Under the pieces are notes generated by a model. It ran no database searches. It saw only the letters and a list, made by a program, of their open reading frames with translations, and was not told the origin of the DNA. DNA of 63,795 nt, counting the filler, from Bipalium vagum (Eukaryota): the NCBI GenBank assembly GCA_037834085.1. It is 3 parts of 3 records of this genome, joined end to end, with 100 filler letters (N's around TTAATTAATTAA, not from the genome) between each part and the next. Parts side by side here need not be neighbours in the genome. Positions count along the whole stretch, not along the records: positions 1 to 20,307 come from JBBMKC010255650.1; 2 more parts are not named here. One strand, 5' to 3'. Both the position numbers and the translations under genes were made by a program. Positions 1-13,833 of the stretch are shown here, piece by piece. Numbering within the stretch: position 1 is the first letter of the stretch; the number at the start of each line of letters is the position of its first letter.

Positions 1-70
<70 letters not shown>
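1..70. repeat. (AAT)n microsatellite at contig start
   Basis: Pure AAT tandem array. Confidence 0.98.
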
Positions 71-71
<1 letters not shown>

Positions 72-1930
72 GATTAACAGATAATAACATTATATATAAA
101 ATACTTAACTGTATTAGTTAGGGTGATTGTGAACAGAATTAGTTTAATCAGCATCACAAACTATTAATTGAACAACATCATAAAACACGACTTTTTACAT
201 ATAATGATTTACACACCTACCATAATTCGGCAATCCCTTTAAAAAATCTGGTCGACTCCATTTGAGATCGGACTCCGGGATAGATCAGGATTTATTTCCA
301 ATTTTCAAATCCGTTCAATAGTCACAGGAAAGTTATACATTTCTAAATTTTAATTTGTACTTCAATGTCTAATCTAAAACTACCCAACAAACAATGCATA
401 ACCGAAAATGAAAATGATTTTATTGAATTTTATATATTACACACCAATTCTTACAAGACACAATAACAGTTAAGCAAAACTAAATAATAGAAATCAGAAA
501 CTGTTAGACTTATAATTAATAATTTCTCAGTATAACACAATACAAGTTATGAAATAAAATTAAATCTAATAGATCATTGCAAAAACGCCTGGTCTGATTT
601 GAAACAGTTTATGTTTGGTGAGCACTCAAACCTGGAAAATATATTTTTGTATCGAAAAGTTAAAATATTTCAATAATATTTCAATACAACAATTTGTTTT
701 AATAATCGTGTAACATTTCAGCGATATTTCAAAATATGAACATGTACATAAAAATGCATATAAGTGCCGGAAAGGCATGCACTTTGGAAACATTAAAAGT
801 TTCATAACAGTTAAAGCAGTGATTTATGATTTGTAAACAACTATAAAAAATATTTTCTTTAAATCAAAATTATATTTGATATTCTGAAAGAATAATAAAT
901 CTGGTTTGAGTGAAGCCAATAAACATTTTTATGGAGCTATAAAAATGTTAATGTGAGATACATTTTTAGAAGAACGTGGGAAATTATTGGGAAGTTTTGT
1001 ATGTATTTCCCCACCCTTTTGTATCTTTTATTTTTACAAATTCGTTTTGTGTAAAAATGAATATCCATTGGTTATGAAAAATATATAAATAAAAATTATT
1101 TTCGAAACTGAAAATTGTCTTAAGAGTTACATTACAGAATTATTTATCAAATAAAAATCTGAGACAGATCTCATAACTTATTATTAATTAAACTTATTAT
1201 TGTTATGGTTATTTTTCTTTCTAATAATAAAAATTTACCATTAATAAGAAGGTGCAATTAATTCTTGTCTAAAATTTAAGTAAGCAATCGGGTTAGCTAT
1301 ATTTGTAATAAAATCAAAGTAACAATTAATTTTAAATATCTGAATATTTGATGTAAGTTTAGAGGTTTAGAAATGATATTTGTTTAAATAAACACTCTTA
1401 GAAGGCGCAATAAAAATAAGATCAAAATTAAATTAAATAAAATCGATATACCGAAATCAGTAGCAAATGCTTGAGGAAATATATGATGATGAATCTCTAT
1501 ATCGATGTGAAATTGTAAATTCTTGTTTACCAAACTTAAATCAGATGACTAAATTGATAAAAAATTTTCATTTACTATGGAACGGATTTTAATTGTTTTT
1601 TGTAATATAAACGTAAGGGATATGGATTATAAAAAAATAGAAAAACTGTATCTGTAGTTCTAAATGTTATTTTTTTGTCAATTGATGATCTATGTTTGAA
1701 ACATTGTTACCCTTGAATAAGATTAATTTACTAACTAAAAAGTTCAAAGAATTAAAGTTATATGTAATTCTTTGCCAATATATAAGTTTGGTCTCAATTC
1801 GAAATAAATTATATTTTAATACATTCGAGGATGGTTTAATACTATTATTAATTTGGAAAAAAAATATTTATAAATCCAACCTATTAAAAATAAAGGTTTT
1901 TGGCAATATCGATTGTTAGTGAAAATTAGT

Positions 1931-2002
1931 CGGAGATACCGGGATTCGAACCCAGGACCTTTACATGCGCATGCACTGCTCTGACCACTGAGCTACATCC
2001 CC
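1931..2002 (-). tRNA. tRNA-Ala-like gene (atypical anticodon arm; possible pseudogene or tRNA-derived element)
   Basis: The minus strand reads GGGGATGTAGCTCAGTGGTCAGAGC-AGTGCATGCGCATGTAA-AGGTCCTGGGTTCGAATCCCGGTATCTCC-G. It has an A box, a B box (GGTTCGAATCC) and acceptor stem GGGGATG/TATCTCC with the G3:U70 Ala identity pair. The anticodon arm is non-canonical (about 6-nt loop, CGC-like, no U33) and the discriminator is G rather than A. Confidence 0.75.
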
Positions 2003-4189
2003 CGACTAACTTTCAATTTATCTCACATCGATTAAAAATGTTGAATAATTGTGAAATATTGATTTTATAAAATTTTAAACCTAATTTTAATAAAGTTTTA
2101 ATTAAAAATTAATGTAAAATATTCTTATTAAACTGGAAAATAGTTTTTGATAACCAAATTCAAGCTTGAGATTAAGGTTTTAGGAACATACTCAAGTTTT
2201 GTAATTCTTGACTAAATGATGAAAAATTGTGAGATAATCTTATTATATATTACTAAAAAAGAACTAATATGTTTAACGAAACTTTTTTGATGAATATTAA
2301 TTAAAAATATGAAAAAAGAGCAAAACTAGGAAAAATGCCATTCTAAGAATGTCAATACGTAACACCAATATGATGGTTTGAGTACAACTGAAATAGTTCA
2401 TTGAAATGTGTGGACATCAGTAAAACAGTCACTTAAAAGTTGTGTATATGTGAAAACATACTGCTTATAAATCGAAAGACAATTTTATTCATACACGATA
2501 ATTAAAAATACTAAAATGTGAAATTTAATGATGAAACAATTTATTAGGTTAAGTTAGAAATGAGCGTTTTAATGAATAAAATTTAATCAATATGGATGAC
2601 TTCCTCAAAAGGTTGATTATATTGATTTAAATGAAGTTACTGTGACAGATCCTGCATAAATTACTCGAGACCTTCCTAAGAAGTTCAGATGTAGCCATCT
2701 AATCATAGAAAATCATTTATTTTCAATTGGAAAAATAAATAGATGTGGCAAAATGGATCTCACATCAAATTAGTCTTGAATATGTTTATTTCTAACTTAA
2801 CCTAATATTATGGAGATTTCTTTCAAATTAACTAATTAAAAAATATTTAGTTAAATTTTAATCATTATTTTTTATTTTCAAGAGTATTTTTAAAGGGTTA
2901 TACATTTATAATTATTATTAATTTACAGATTTCTCTTACTAATATCATTTACTCTAAAATCATTTTGAAACAGGAATATCAAAATGGAGAATGATTTGAA
3001 ATGTTAGAGGTATAGATAAAGAATGAGAAATTTTTAATAAAAACACCATAATTTCAAAAGATACATAAAAATAATTTATTCAAAGAAATGGCCATTAATA
3101 TAATTCTTTGTAAGTTCTTTGTCTTTCACATTAAAATCTTTATTTCTGAAGCTCTTATATATATGTGGTATATATTTTTATATGCTTAGATATAAAAATG
3201 TTGAATAAATTAATATATATTACTATTAATATCTGAATTTGAATAATTACTCTAGTAAATTGTGATTAATAAAATAAATCTGAACTCTAATATATATTAT
3301 CATATATATATCAGTTAATTGATTTAAATAATAAAATAAAAAAATCAATATAGTCAATGAAAACATTTGTTTTCAGAGAAAGTTAATAATAATCTTTTAA
3401 ATCATACCTTTAAAAAAATTGAAAGAACTTTTTAAGCACCCCATACTAATAATTGATAAATGGTTACATAACATTTTGCTCTATCTGTTCTGTTAACATA
3501 GACTTCTGTTAATGTTTAATAAATTTCATTTCATTACTTTATTTAAGATTTTAATCTTTTACCTTTTCTAGTTTCTTCTTGTATCATGTTATCTTTACTA
3601 ATTTTGTAATCTGCACTTTTACAAATTTCTATCTCTCTTGCCATCCTATTTTCATGATTTTCACATTTTCCAATAGTCCAAGTGTCCTTTCACGTTAATC
3701 GGCCTTAAATAAGTCCAAAATTACATTAGCAGACGATTTTATTGTGCAGTTGTCATTAAAAATAGATACAAATTACTTTGAAGTCACTTACGTTTTTTGT
3801 TTAAATTGAATTTCAGGTTTTCTTTAAACCCACTGTTTTAAAAAGAATAACCTTAAATAGTAGTAATATAATAAATTATATTTCGTTAAAGAATCATTAT
3901 AAAGTTGGAGTAAGTCAAAATTTTAACACTTCAGTATCTTAAAAAATATTTAATTTTAATTTTTGACTAAATTATTTTAAAAATTAATTTTAGATAAAAT
4001 TTCTTCATTAAATAAGCTGTAAGAATTAAACGATTTGTTATTAAATTGACTAATAAAGCAATATTATTTTTTATAAAATACATTTTCTAAATGAACCTTT
4101 AAAATTAGTCCTAGAAAAATTTATTCGTTGAAGTTTAGAAAAAATTTTTCCAAAAAATGTCACAAAAGAAAATGTTAACAAAATTCTCT

Positions 4190-4440
4190 AACAACGGAAA
4201 ATGGATCTGCGGTTGGTCAGAGAATGGCGGTCTGATATAACAAACTGTTGATGAAGTGTGTGTAGTTGGAAATATAACAAGAAGAAAGTAAGGTACGGGC
4301 AGGCATCCAATCATTCCAGAAATTCAGAAAGATAATTATAACTAGATTGCTGAACGTCGTACATTGTCTTTACTTGTCTGAAAGACAAATATTTAAGATA
4401 TTTTATTTATGTCTTGAAAAACAAGAATTCCAAATAGAAA
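4190..4440 (+). mobile_element. pogo/Tigger transposase remnant (CENP-B-type HTH)
   Basis: Degenerate translation GRHPIIPEIQKDNYN*IAERRTLSLLV resembles the pogo motif GRKPxxPELExxLxxWIxExRxxxxxV. Confidence 0.45.
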
Positions 4441-5356
4441 CTCTGGATGAATTAACATTTAATTATATCCTTGATGATGATAGGTTGCTTATTATTCAAC
4501 TAACCATTTAAAAGTCTTATTTTATTCTTTTTAAAAAATCATGTAAATACAAAACCTACTTCGATTATAAGACTCTGATTTATGGAAAACACGGTATAAT
4601 AAATATGTTCCAATTTTTAAATAACAGAGGGATATTTTATATAATAAAATATTTTCAATGAATAAATATAAAATAATTATTTTTCAAAGTTTTTCAGATT
4701 TTCTTATTTTTTCACAACTTTTTTTAAAATAATAAAAGTCTTTTGATTCTTAACAAATTTAGAAGTTATATTCTTATTAATCCCCATAACTTTGTTGTGG
4801 TACTCAAATATCCACACGAGTTGTCATCATGGGAATAAACAACAAAATAAGGGTTTCTCAAATTGACGTAAAAAATATAAAACCAATCTCCATATACATA
4901 ACATAACATGTCTCATGAAGGTTAATAATATAATTTATTATAATCATAATATATATATTTCTTTGATCACAGTCTAAGCCTAGTGAAATATAATTTCAAG
5001 AGACAGGCGAAAATCAGTGTTTATCCATTTTGAAAACGTAAGAAATTAGGGAAAGTAGGAAATTTTCACTGACGACTATGGTATCAAAAACGGGGACAGA
5101 GAACGGAAAATTATACGGCTTGATAAATGTCGATAAATTTATCATTTTCCCTCGTAAATCCGACGAAGTTCTCGCCATTATTCACCGGGTTATTCATGGA
5201 AAATTGTGGAAGAAATCCATAATTTTCTCATCTCTGCTAAAATGCACTGATCTGATTCACAGCACACATGATCCAGCATTTTCCCACACACTTTCACTCA
5301 CTAATACTTTCCATATGATTTTCGTTCATTTATCAACTTGATCCTATTATATCGAA

Positions 5357-8300
5357 ATGATCATTAATAAAAAAGGATTCCACCACAGTTACGGTGACGT
5401 TTCCGGATTCCGGACCGATCTCGACATATCATTTCTTCATAAAAGCAAAGTAAATGCCGGTAAGTACAATTTGGTGAAAATATAAATAAAATAGTAATAA
5501 TGATAAAAATAAATAAATAAAGTATTTTTATTTGTTTTCTGTCGTAAGAATATGTCGGTGTACTTAAATAAATGAAATAAGTATATGATTACATCATTGA
5601 ATGTTTATTTGATTAACTGATTCTGCTTGGTAAACAAAACCCGTTGTATTTACCGTTAAAGTTGTTACTTTATTAAGTCATCAATCAAAGCGGAAGGATA
5701 AGTGGACCCATCGACTCTCACCATTCAACAAAAATGGATACTATACGAACCTCTTCGTCGGTTCTTAATGGAACTGTTTCCAATTGTTATGATTACAAAA
5801 CGGAAAGTCCGAATTATGGTCACAGTTCTTTGCAGTACAAACCGTCGAGCCGAACCGATCGGGATAAATGTAACCAACAGTTGGATACACTGATGAAAGA
5901 CCTAAATCTGGAAACCGTTACGTCGGGTAATTCATCGAGAATAGATTCGACAGAACCTTCACAAAACAATGACAGTTTTCATAAAATCAACAGACAGGTT
6001 TGATCATATGTTGTCAAGTTTTGTGCCATTAAACGGATTAGATGAGTGCTCAAATGACAAGCAGTAAGGAGTATCAGTTGATGACTGAACTGTTGGAAGC
6101 TCAGAAAGAGATATCGAATCTTCGTCGATCGATAAACCATTTGGATATGACAGATCAGATTTCTCGAGGGTTTGTCAGTCCTAGTAAAAATATTGATATA
6201 CTTTCATCGTCAAGGTAATTAAAGCTAGTATGACATAATAATAATAATAAAAATAATATTATTATTATTATTATTAATATTATCATCATGGATATTATTA
6301 TTTAAATGATAGGAATAGGAGCTTGAATAAAGGGCTTATCGGAACGTCTACAAATGAGAAATTTAACAACAATGCTCCTAGAGGTAATATCTGGTCAAAA
6401 AATGACAATGGTAAACAATTTGCTTACATAACCCATGTATCAATTTAAATATATTTAGTTATTTATTTATATTTTTGTTGTAAAAATGTATTTAATAATG
6501 CATGTATTCATTAAAGTACTTTGATACGGTTATATAATATTGTTTTGTTAGCACACGTATTTCATTTTTATTGATCCGATCATCAGAAATCAATTTAGAA
6601 AAGAGAGAAAAAATGAGATCATTAACTATTATAGATTCGCCTCCATGGATCTCATCTCAGCAAAATACCAATAAGGAAAACTTGGTCAATGTCGAAACGT
6701 CTTTTGTTCAAAATTTTCAAAACAGTCAACCTACAGGGTTTTCCATTCACAGGGAAAATCTAAATCAACAGATGAAGGAGAAGTATTTGTCTTCGGAAAA
6801 AGTACATTTTGAAATTAATCGTTACTTATACCAATCTTTCTAATGAAGGTAACTAATCAGAGTCTCAAAACGGAAAGAGAAATGAGTGACGTTGTTGAAG
6901 AAATCGAGACCATTAACTTACAGCTCATTGGTAAAGGTATCCAAGACTTGACAAAATCCAGCCCGTCACCAATGAAGATGTCTTCGGGAATATCGAAAGC
7001 CGGCAGTAAAATGCATTTCATCAGTGATAGTATGGGGAGTCTATCACCTCTTTCTACAAGACAGTGAGTTGATACTTTTTTAATATTAATAAATGGTATC
7101 AATATCCATTCCATGTATATCATTATGAAAAACATAAATGATGGGACAAATATGCCTGTGAATGTTTATAACCAATTTGATCACACCATGAACTCCTAAA
7201 GAACTATTTGAAGATTCCAAGAGTTCGTCGTAGGTCTTTTAAAAATCTAATATAAACAAGAATGAGACTTGAAAAGAACTTTTTATTGGTTTAATAATTC
7301 TGATCAAAAAAATGTGGCAACGTTACTAAAGTTGAGAGAAGACACTGAAACTTGATCATTTAGAGAAATTAAAAGTCGTAACAATGTTTCCGTAAGTTGA
7401 AAATCAAGAATAATACAAAAATGAAGGTCATCACTATAGACTCATTAGCTAATTTTCTTTTAAACTATACTATAAGATATTTTAAGTAATAATATTACCT
7501 AACAACATATATAATAATCTTTTGATCTTATCTTGAATCAATCAAGACCAGTCAGGAGGTTTTGAACTCAAGTTAATTTCAAGCCTTTTATCACATTGGA
7601 AGAATGTAAAGTGTTAAGCCTACTACAAGACACGTACTTTAAGGTAAAATTCCATTCATATTCATATAGTCGAAATTTCACATTGTTTTCACGTATATGG
7701 TCATGTTCAACTATCTGAAAACACTTCAGAACCGGTGGCATAGCTCCAGATAAGGAGAGTAATCAGTGTGGCACTGATTATCTGAAATTACTTTAGTCTC
7801 AAATTATTCGAATTAAAACAAACTTGGAATCTCGATTTTAAAATTATAAAACAATAATTTATACTTTCAAAGAAATAATTATGTGATTAAACGGTATTTA
7901 TTATTTAATATTCGATAAAATCTTCAAAGAAATAAACAAATAGGTTTATATTTAGTAGGTTGTTTATATAATATAATAAATATATATTATTAGTATACAT
8001 ATATAAACATTTCTTTATAATTAAGACAAGAAAATTTTAAAATAATTTATTAAGTGATACCAATAATTTTAATTTTTAAGCCAATATCAAACCACGGATT
8101 ATAATATTGATTTTAATATTTTTAATTTAATTAAATAAATTTTCGAAAACATTACATTTTAAAATACAATTAAAAATAATAAACAATTTTAAAATACATA
8201 ATATTTAATAAATAAATATAATATTTAGTATTTAATAATATTTAATATTTAATAAAGAAATATAATATTTAATATATAATAATATTTTAAAAAATTATTT

Positions 8301-11300
8301 TTTATATAATTATTTTTTTAAAATAATTCTAATATTAATAAACCTCTTTAAAATGTGCTTATTTAAAAATAAACGTTTTTACAAAATATTCAAAATTTTA
8401 AAAAAATTACTTAATTAAATAAAGATTTTAAAGATTCAAAATTAATCATTTTTTTTAGAAAATATTATTTAACATATTAAGCCAATTAATTTTTTTCCAC
8501 TTTAATTATAAAAATCTTGCAATAAAAATGTTGTCTCTCTTGGCATGGCATAAAAATTTGTTTACTTTTTCAAAATTTTGAGGAATGGAAAATTCTAATT
8601 ATAAAAATGTCATTTTTGGATTGCATCTGCAAGTTGGAAATTTTATATATCATAAAATGAATAAACAATTTTTATTTTAAGATGAAATATTTTATTTTTG
8701 ATTTTTTTTATTTGTTACTTTTTTTTATATTTAATTAAAAAATTAAACTGAATAACATAAATTATAACATTATAATAAATAGCATTATAATAATAAATTT
8801 ATATTGAAATTTTAATTTATAAAATAATTAGTATTTATAACCAATAAACTTAGTCAACGGTTGTTTATAATTGCCATTTCATCCGTTTACAATTGGCTAT
8901 AAATAGTTCATTTTTAAAAATAAATATTATTAACGAAAATTTATTTATTACTTTATTTCCAATAATTTCGCAAATAATTAATGATAGAAAATTAATAAAT
9001 AATCAATAAATTAATAATTATTTTAATACACGAGATTATTGATTTTTTAATTTTATTTTCATTATCTTCATTTTATGGATTTGGATAGACTTATAATTTA
9101 ATGAATTAAAATTTAATTGTTTAATATAAGAAAATATAAATGGTAATATTTTTATCAAGCCACATTTTTCAATAATTTAATTTAAACAATTTTTTATGTT
9201 CCAATTTTTATATATTTAATATTTTGAGAATTTTAGAAAGTCATGAAATTAATGTTTTGGAAGTCAAAATAAAATATATAAATATAATTAATAATAATAA
9301 TATATAATAAAACAAGTAAATAAATAAATAATAGTATAAAAAGGTAAGATAAATAGAATATTTATAATATTATTTTGTTTATCAGAAACAGTCTCTCCAA
9401 GCGGGAAGAGTCGAGGAATATGATGAAATTCCAAAACGATTTTTGTGACTCCTCCATGAAGAACAGTAATTCAATGATTGTTCAAAACACTCAGCAAAAT
9501 ATTACATTGGAAATGGTTGAGGATGAGATTCTTAGCTGGTATCAGCCTCAAATTACACGAGAAGAAGGCAAGTATAATAATTGATAATATTTATTTGTTA
9601 ATTAAGAGATTTAGCAATATCAATGCTGAGGAACAGTAGTCCGGGCAGCTTTCTTATAAGAGATAGCAACAGTTATGCTGGAGCTTATGGTCTGGCAATT
9701 AAAGTAGCGACCATCCCTCAAAATATAACATTGAAATCTGGTAAAGTAATTAAAATAATTATTTTTTGAAAAAATGAAATAAATTAAATGTAAATAAATA
9801 ATGCCAACGAGTAATAATAATAAGGAGAAAAATTCTATAATTAAATACATTTTATTAAGTTCTTAATCGAGCACCTAGTTAACACATTTTCAAGGAAAGT
9901 GAAATCGATTTATTAAGTATAAAATATCACTTTATATTTCTTTAATAAAACGTATGTTCATTTACACTGACAAATGCTGGGTCAATTTTCGGTTAGGACT
10001 TTAATTAACTTTTTCCATTCGAACTAGCAGATGTTCTGAAATTATCATTTTTTATTTTCTAATTATGTTACGTAATACATTTTTAAGAATATAAGAAATT
10101 CGTTGTTTGTCTTCGTCAAATACTCGTTTTCTTTCTCTTGGATTCAACTCAACATTTGGTCTTTATTTTCTTAATTATAATATAGTTCTAGAAATATTTA
10201 GTGTCAACAGTTTTTCTTTAAGAATAAATGCCTGTTCATAAATCGATATTGTGCTGCATCCATCTTAATTTATTTAAATTACCGACAATGAGATAAGAAT
10301 AACATCTCAAAATATTTTCTCCATTTTCAAGTGACAACAGAAAATTATGGCTAAATATAATCACCAATGAAATCGATTTTCTTCTTTATAACAGACAATT
10401 ATTGAACCAATCACTTAAGGTATCAATCATAACTAAAAGTCATTTTTGAAAAACAATCAACATTATTAATATTTGTTCAGAAAGTCTAATTCCAATAATA
10501 TACAGATACAATTTGATTAAGCATTAAAAGTACAGTATAATTATATTAATAATAATAATTATTAATTGATAATAAATTATTTTACATAAGAAATATATTA
10601 AACTGAAAATTTCACAAAATTTTGAAAGTAAAATTTTGCTCTTTGGATTTTTGGTACAATAACTAAAAATATAAAACTATGAAAATTATTTACCCTCTGT
10701 ATGGATTATAGATGACTTGGAATCGGAAAAAGTGAGACATTACCTGATAGAACTAATTGGAAATCAAGGCGTTTCATTCAAAGGATTTCCTGAAGAACCA
10801 ATATTTCCGTCACTTTCTCATCTTGTTTTATACTACACTCATGTCTCAAGCGTACTTCCCTGTTTGTTAACTTTGTCAAAAAAGTCATCATTTTTAACAG
10901 ACCCTTCAAACTCTTATAAAAGAGTCATGAACAGTCAACCAACTCTAATATCTTCTCCAAGGTTAACGACAAATCGGAAAACCGATGTCCAAGGTTTGTT
11001 GATAATTGAATAACTACTTACAATGACTTTATAGTATCAGATTATTCTGTTTATTATCTTGGATGTTATGATGTGGAATATATAACTGGCCCCTCTGTCA
11101 TTAATAAGGCTATAGAAAGACTGTTGGAACTAAATGACGGAAGGAAATTTACCGAGTGCCAAATGCGTATTAATCCAGGTGAAGGAATTGTTTTAACTGA
11201 CTTGGAACGAAAATTATTTTTCCGACGCAATCATCCATTTAATACTATTTCTTATTGCGGAGCAGATCCAAGAGAAAGAAAGTAAATTAATTGTATACAG

Positions 11301-13833
11301 ATTATATTTATTAAATTTACTATTAATTTAATTTAAAATTAATTTTCTATTTTTAGTAACATGGTTTCAACATAATTCAGAAGTCCATAGTTATTTTTAA
11401 TAGGATAAAATAATATAATTTTTTTGGATTATGATTTCATTAGTTCTAGTACTATTAACTTTTAAAAATTTTCAAATTAATTAAGATTTACGATTAATTA
11501 AAACAATTCTCAGCAACTGAAGTCTTTTTTTTTTAATTTGAATATAAAAATTGAATTTTAGTTTAAAGTTATTTTACTTTACATTAAAAGACAATGTTTA
11601 ACTAAGATTATTTCTTTACTTATCAGTGAGAAAGTTTATCAAAATGTTTTAACAGATAATAATGATTATAGTTGTGAATATTTATGCAGATTGTAGAATT
11701 TTAGAGATTTTTAAAGTCTGCCTCAATATTTAAAATTAATTAAAGTTTTATTTTATTAAATTCTAACATGTGACAATTAAAAATCCAAAATTACAATTTA
11801 TCCACGAAAAAGGTTAACCAATTGGTGATTTTTTGGACGAACTACAGCCTGTTGAACTATTGTACAATTTGGAACCTTTTTCTTTTTCATGTATCTAATA
11901 TCCGTCTTTTCTTTTAAAAGTTAGAAAAGTTAGGCAATATTGAATTTTTTTTCTTTACAAAATACCGCGAAATATCATTTTTTAGGCTCTGTACCAATTT
12001 CGAAGGCATTTCTTTTAACAATACGGCCATTTCCAATCTTTTGTTCTGCACTTATGTTATTATTCTTTCTCCGAAGAATTTGATATAGTGTAGATTTTGC
12101 AGAATTTTCCTTCATGAAGTACGCAATGATCGCAGATCTCCGCATGCTTTTTTGCAAATTTGCAAAGACGTATACGCGTTTTTGAAAAGTTTATTTCTTT
12201 TTCATTAATATTTTAATATTATCTAAAGTATATACATTAAAAAACATTAATAGAATTCTCTACAAAATGAGACTCACTTCAAAATTTTAAATATATTGAT
12301 TCTTAGTTTAAAATTGTATTTGAAAATTTTATGTATTTTTTAATTGAAAGATGTTAAGATTTATTTTATTCAATTCCAAAATAATATTAAATAATACTTT
12401 ATATTTTAAAATAAAATAGGCATGTGATATTGATTTTGGTGCGTGTTTTTAAAAAAAATTATTATTTTACAAAAATGTTTCAAATTGATATTATGGTTAA
12501 TAATAATAATTATTATTAAATTTTGTAAATTTTTAAAATATTCAAGTTTATTTTTAGCAAGAAATGAATGAATAATAATGAGGATATAAATAAAACTAAA
12601 TTAAAAAATAAAAAACTCTCTTTTATTATATAAATTTATTAAATGGCTAATAAAAAGTAAAAAAAAATTAAAATAATTATTCTTTTTTATAATAAAAAAC
12701 GTAATTATACTAATTAGGTTTCACAAATTTTCGTAGAAGGTAAAAAAGTTTTACACGAAAATTTTAAAGTCTTTTTATGTTTCTGACCAAACTTAAATTA
12801 AACATTAATTATATTTTTATCTTTTAAGTTATTTTTATACTTCTTTTGTAAACATTTTAACTTATTATTCATAAATTTAAATCAATAAAATAAAACAAAA
12901 ATGAAAGAAATATAATAATTTTTCAGGTTTTATTTACTTTATTCTTTTACAATGTTCCATCAAGTCACGAACGTATCGCATAAGTATGTCATTGTTTCTT
13001 TCACATATCGTCTTTCAATTATTCTGTTACCGATTCTCCTTTTAATATAAAGTAATAATAGGGCACTGTGTAATATTTTAATTCCAGAATATAGCGATGA
13101 ACATTCCTTGAACGTCCATTAAAAAAAGTTAGGATCATTTTCCGTTTTTCGTTTGCGTTTTTCATTGCGCTTCAATACAATACAGAAATTTAAATTGAAA
13201 AAATTTTTAAAAAGTGTATAATGAAATGTCACCATTTGAAAATTTGTGCACAAAATTAGAAAATGACATCAATATTTTAATATGAATGAAAATTATTGAA
13301 AATGAAGTTCGAAAGTCAGAAAATGATGTAACAAACACTGTATATTGATTTATTAACATTCTTGATTTTTTATATCTGAAAAACTACTTTTTTAATTAAC
13401 GTAATTGTTTCTATCATAACATATTTCTATCTCTTAAAAGTCATCTTTCTTTTGGGAATTCTTCTCTTTAATTTTTCGAAAAATTTAAAATGAAATGAAA
13501 TTCTCTGATAAAAATACATTTGTAATTGTTAAAAGTATACGATATTAGTGCACTTAAAAACATATTGAATATATCTACCAACTTATTTTAATTTTCAGAC
13601 TGGAACTAGACCTATGCAAATCTAAAGGCATGAAGAAAACCAAGTATTTTATTATTATTTTCTTTTATTTAATGTCTTTGATTGCGAACAGAATCTTTGG
13701 CATCATTATTAAGGCTTATACTGCTGGGGAAAGTAAATGCTTTTTATTTGGAGAGCTTGACAGCTCCAACAAAATCAGCTTCATCATACAGAAAATAAAT
13801 GAACAAATTCTAAAAGCCACAGAAAATCTATGA
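5357..13833 (+). CDS. TNS: Tensin-family protein (low-complexity N-terminus + SH2 + PTB), 12 exons, about 715 aa
   Basis: Exons 5357-5459, 5678-5997, 6042-6214, 6313-6410, 6587-6801, 6849-7063, 9386-9567, 9615-9740, 10712-10993, 11035-11281, 13599-13643 and 13692-13833 are phase-compatible and total 2148 nt. SH2: [41 protein letters not shown]...VRHYLIE...EEPIFPSLSHLV...LPCLL. PTB: ITGPSVINKA...GIVLTDLERKLFFRRNHPFNTISYC...IFG...CFLFGELD. AATAAA lies near 13960. The 5' exons are less certain than the SH2/PTB exons. Confidence 0.93.
11975..12157 (-). mobile_element. Tc1/mariner transposase N-terminal (HTH) remnant in a tensin intron
   Basis: AKSTLYQILRR...EQKIGNGR resembles the paired-like HTH plus GRPR hook. 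Confidence 0.45.

Noticed and set aside
5078-5341. 87-aa ORF in frame with the tensin start (readthrough or extra exon)
   Set aside because: It ends in TGA 15 nt before the ATG and shows no domain similarity or clear splice path; at most a uORF.
7760-7780. Perfect 9-bp hairpin as a Helitron 3' end
   Set aside because: No CTRR terminus at the expected distance and no other support.
6857-9850. Minus-strand ORFs 6857-7135 and 9620-9850
   Set aside because: They are antisense shadows of tensin exons.
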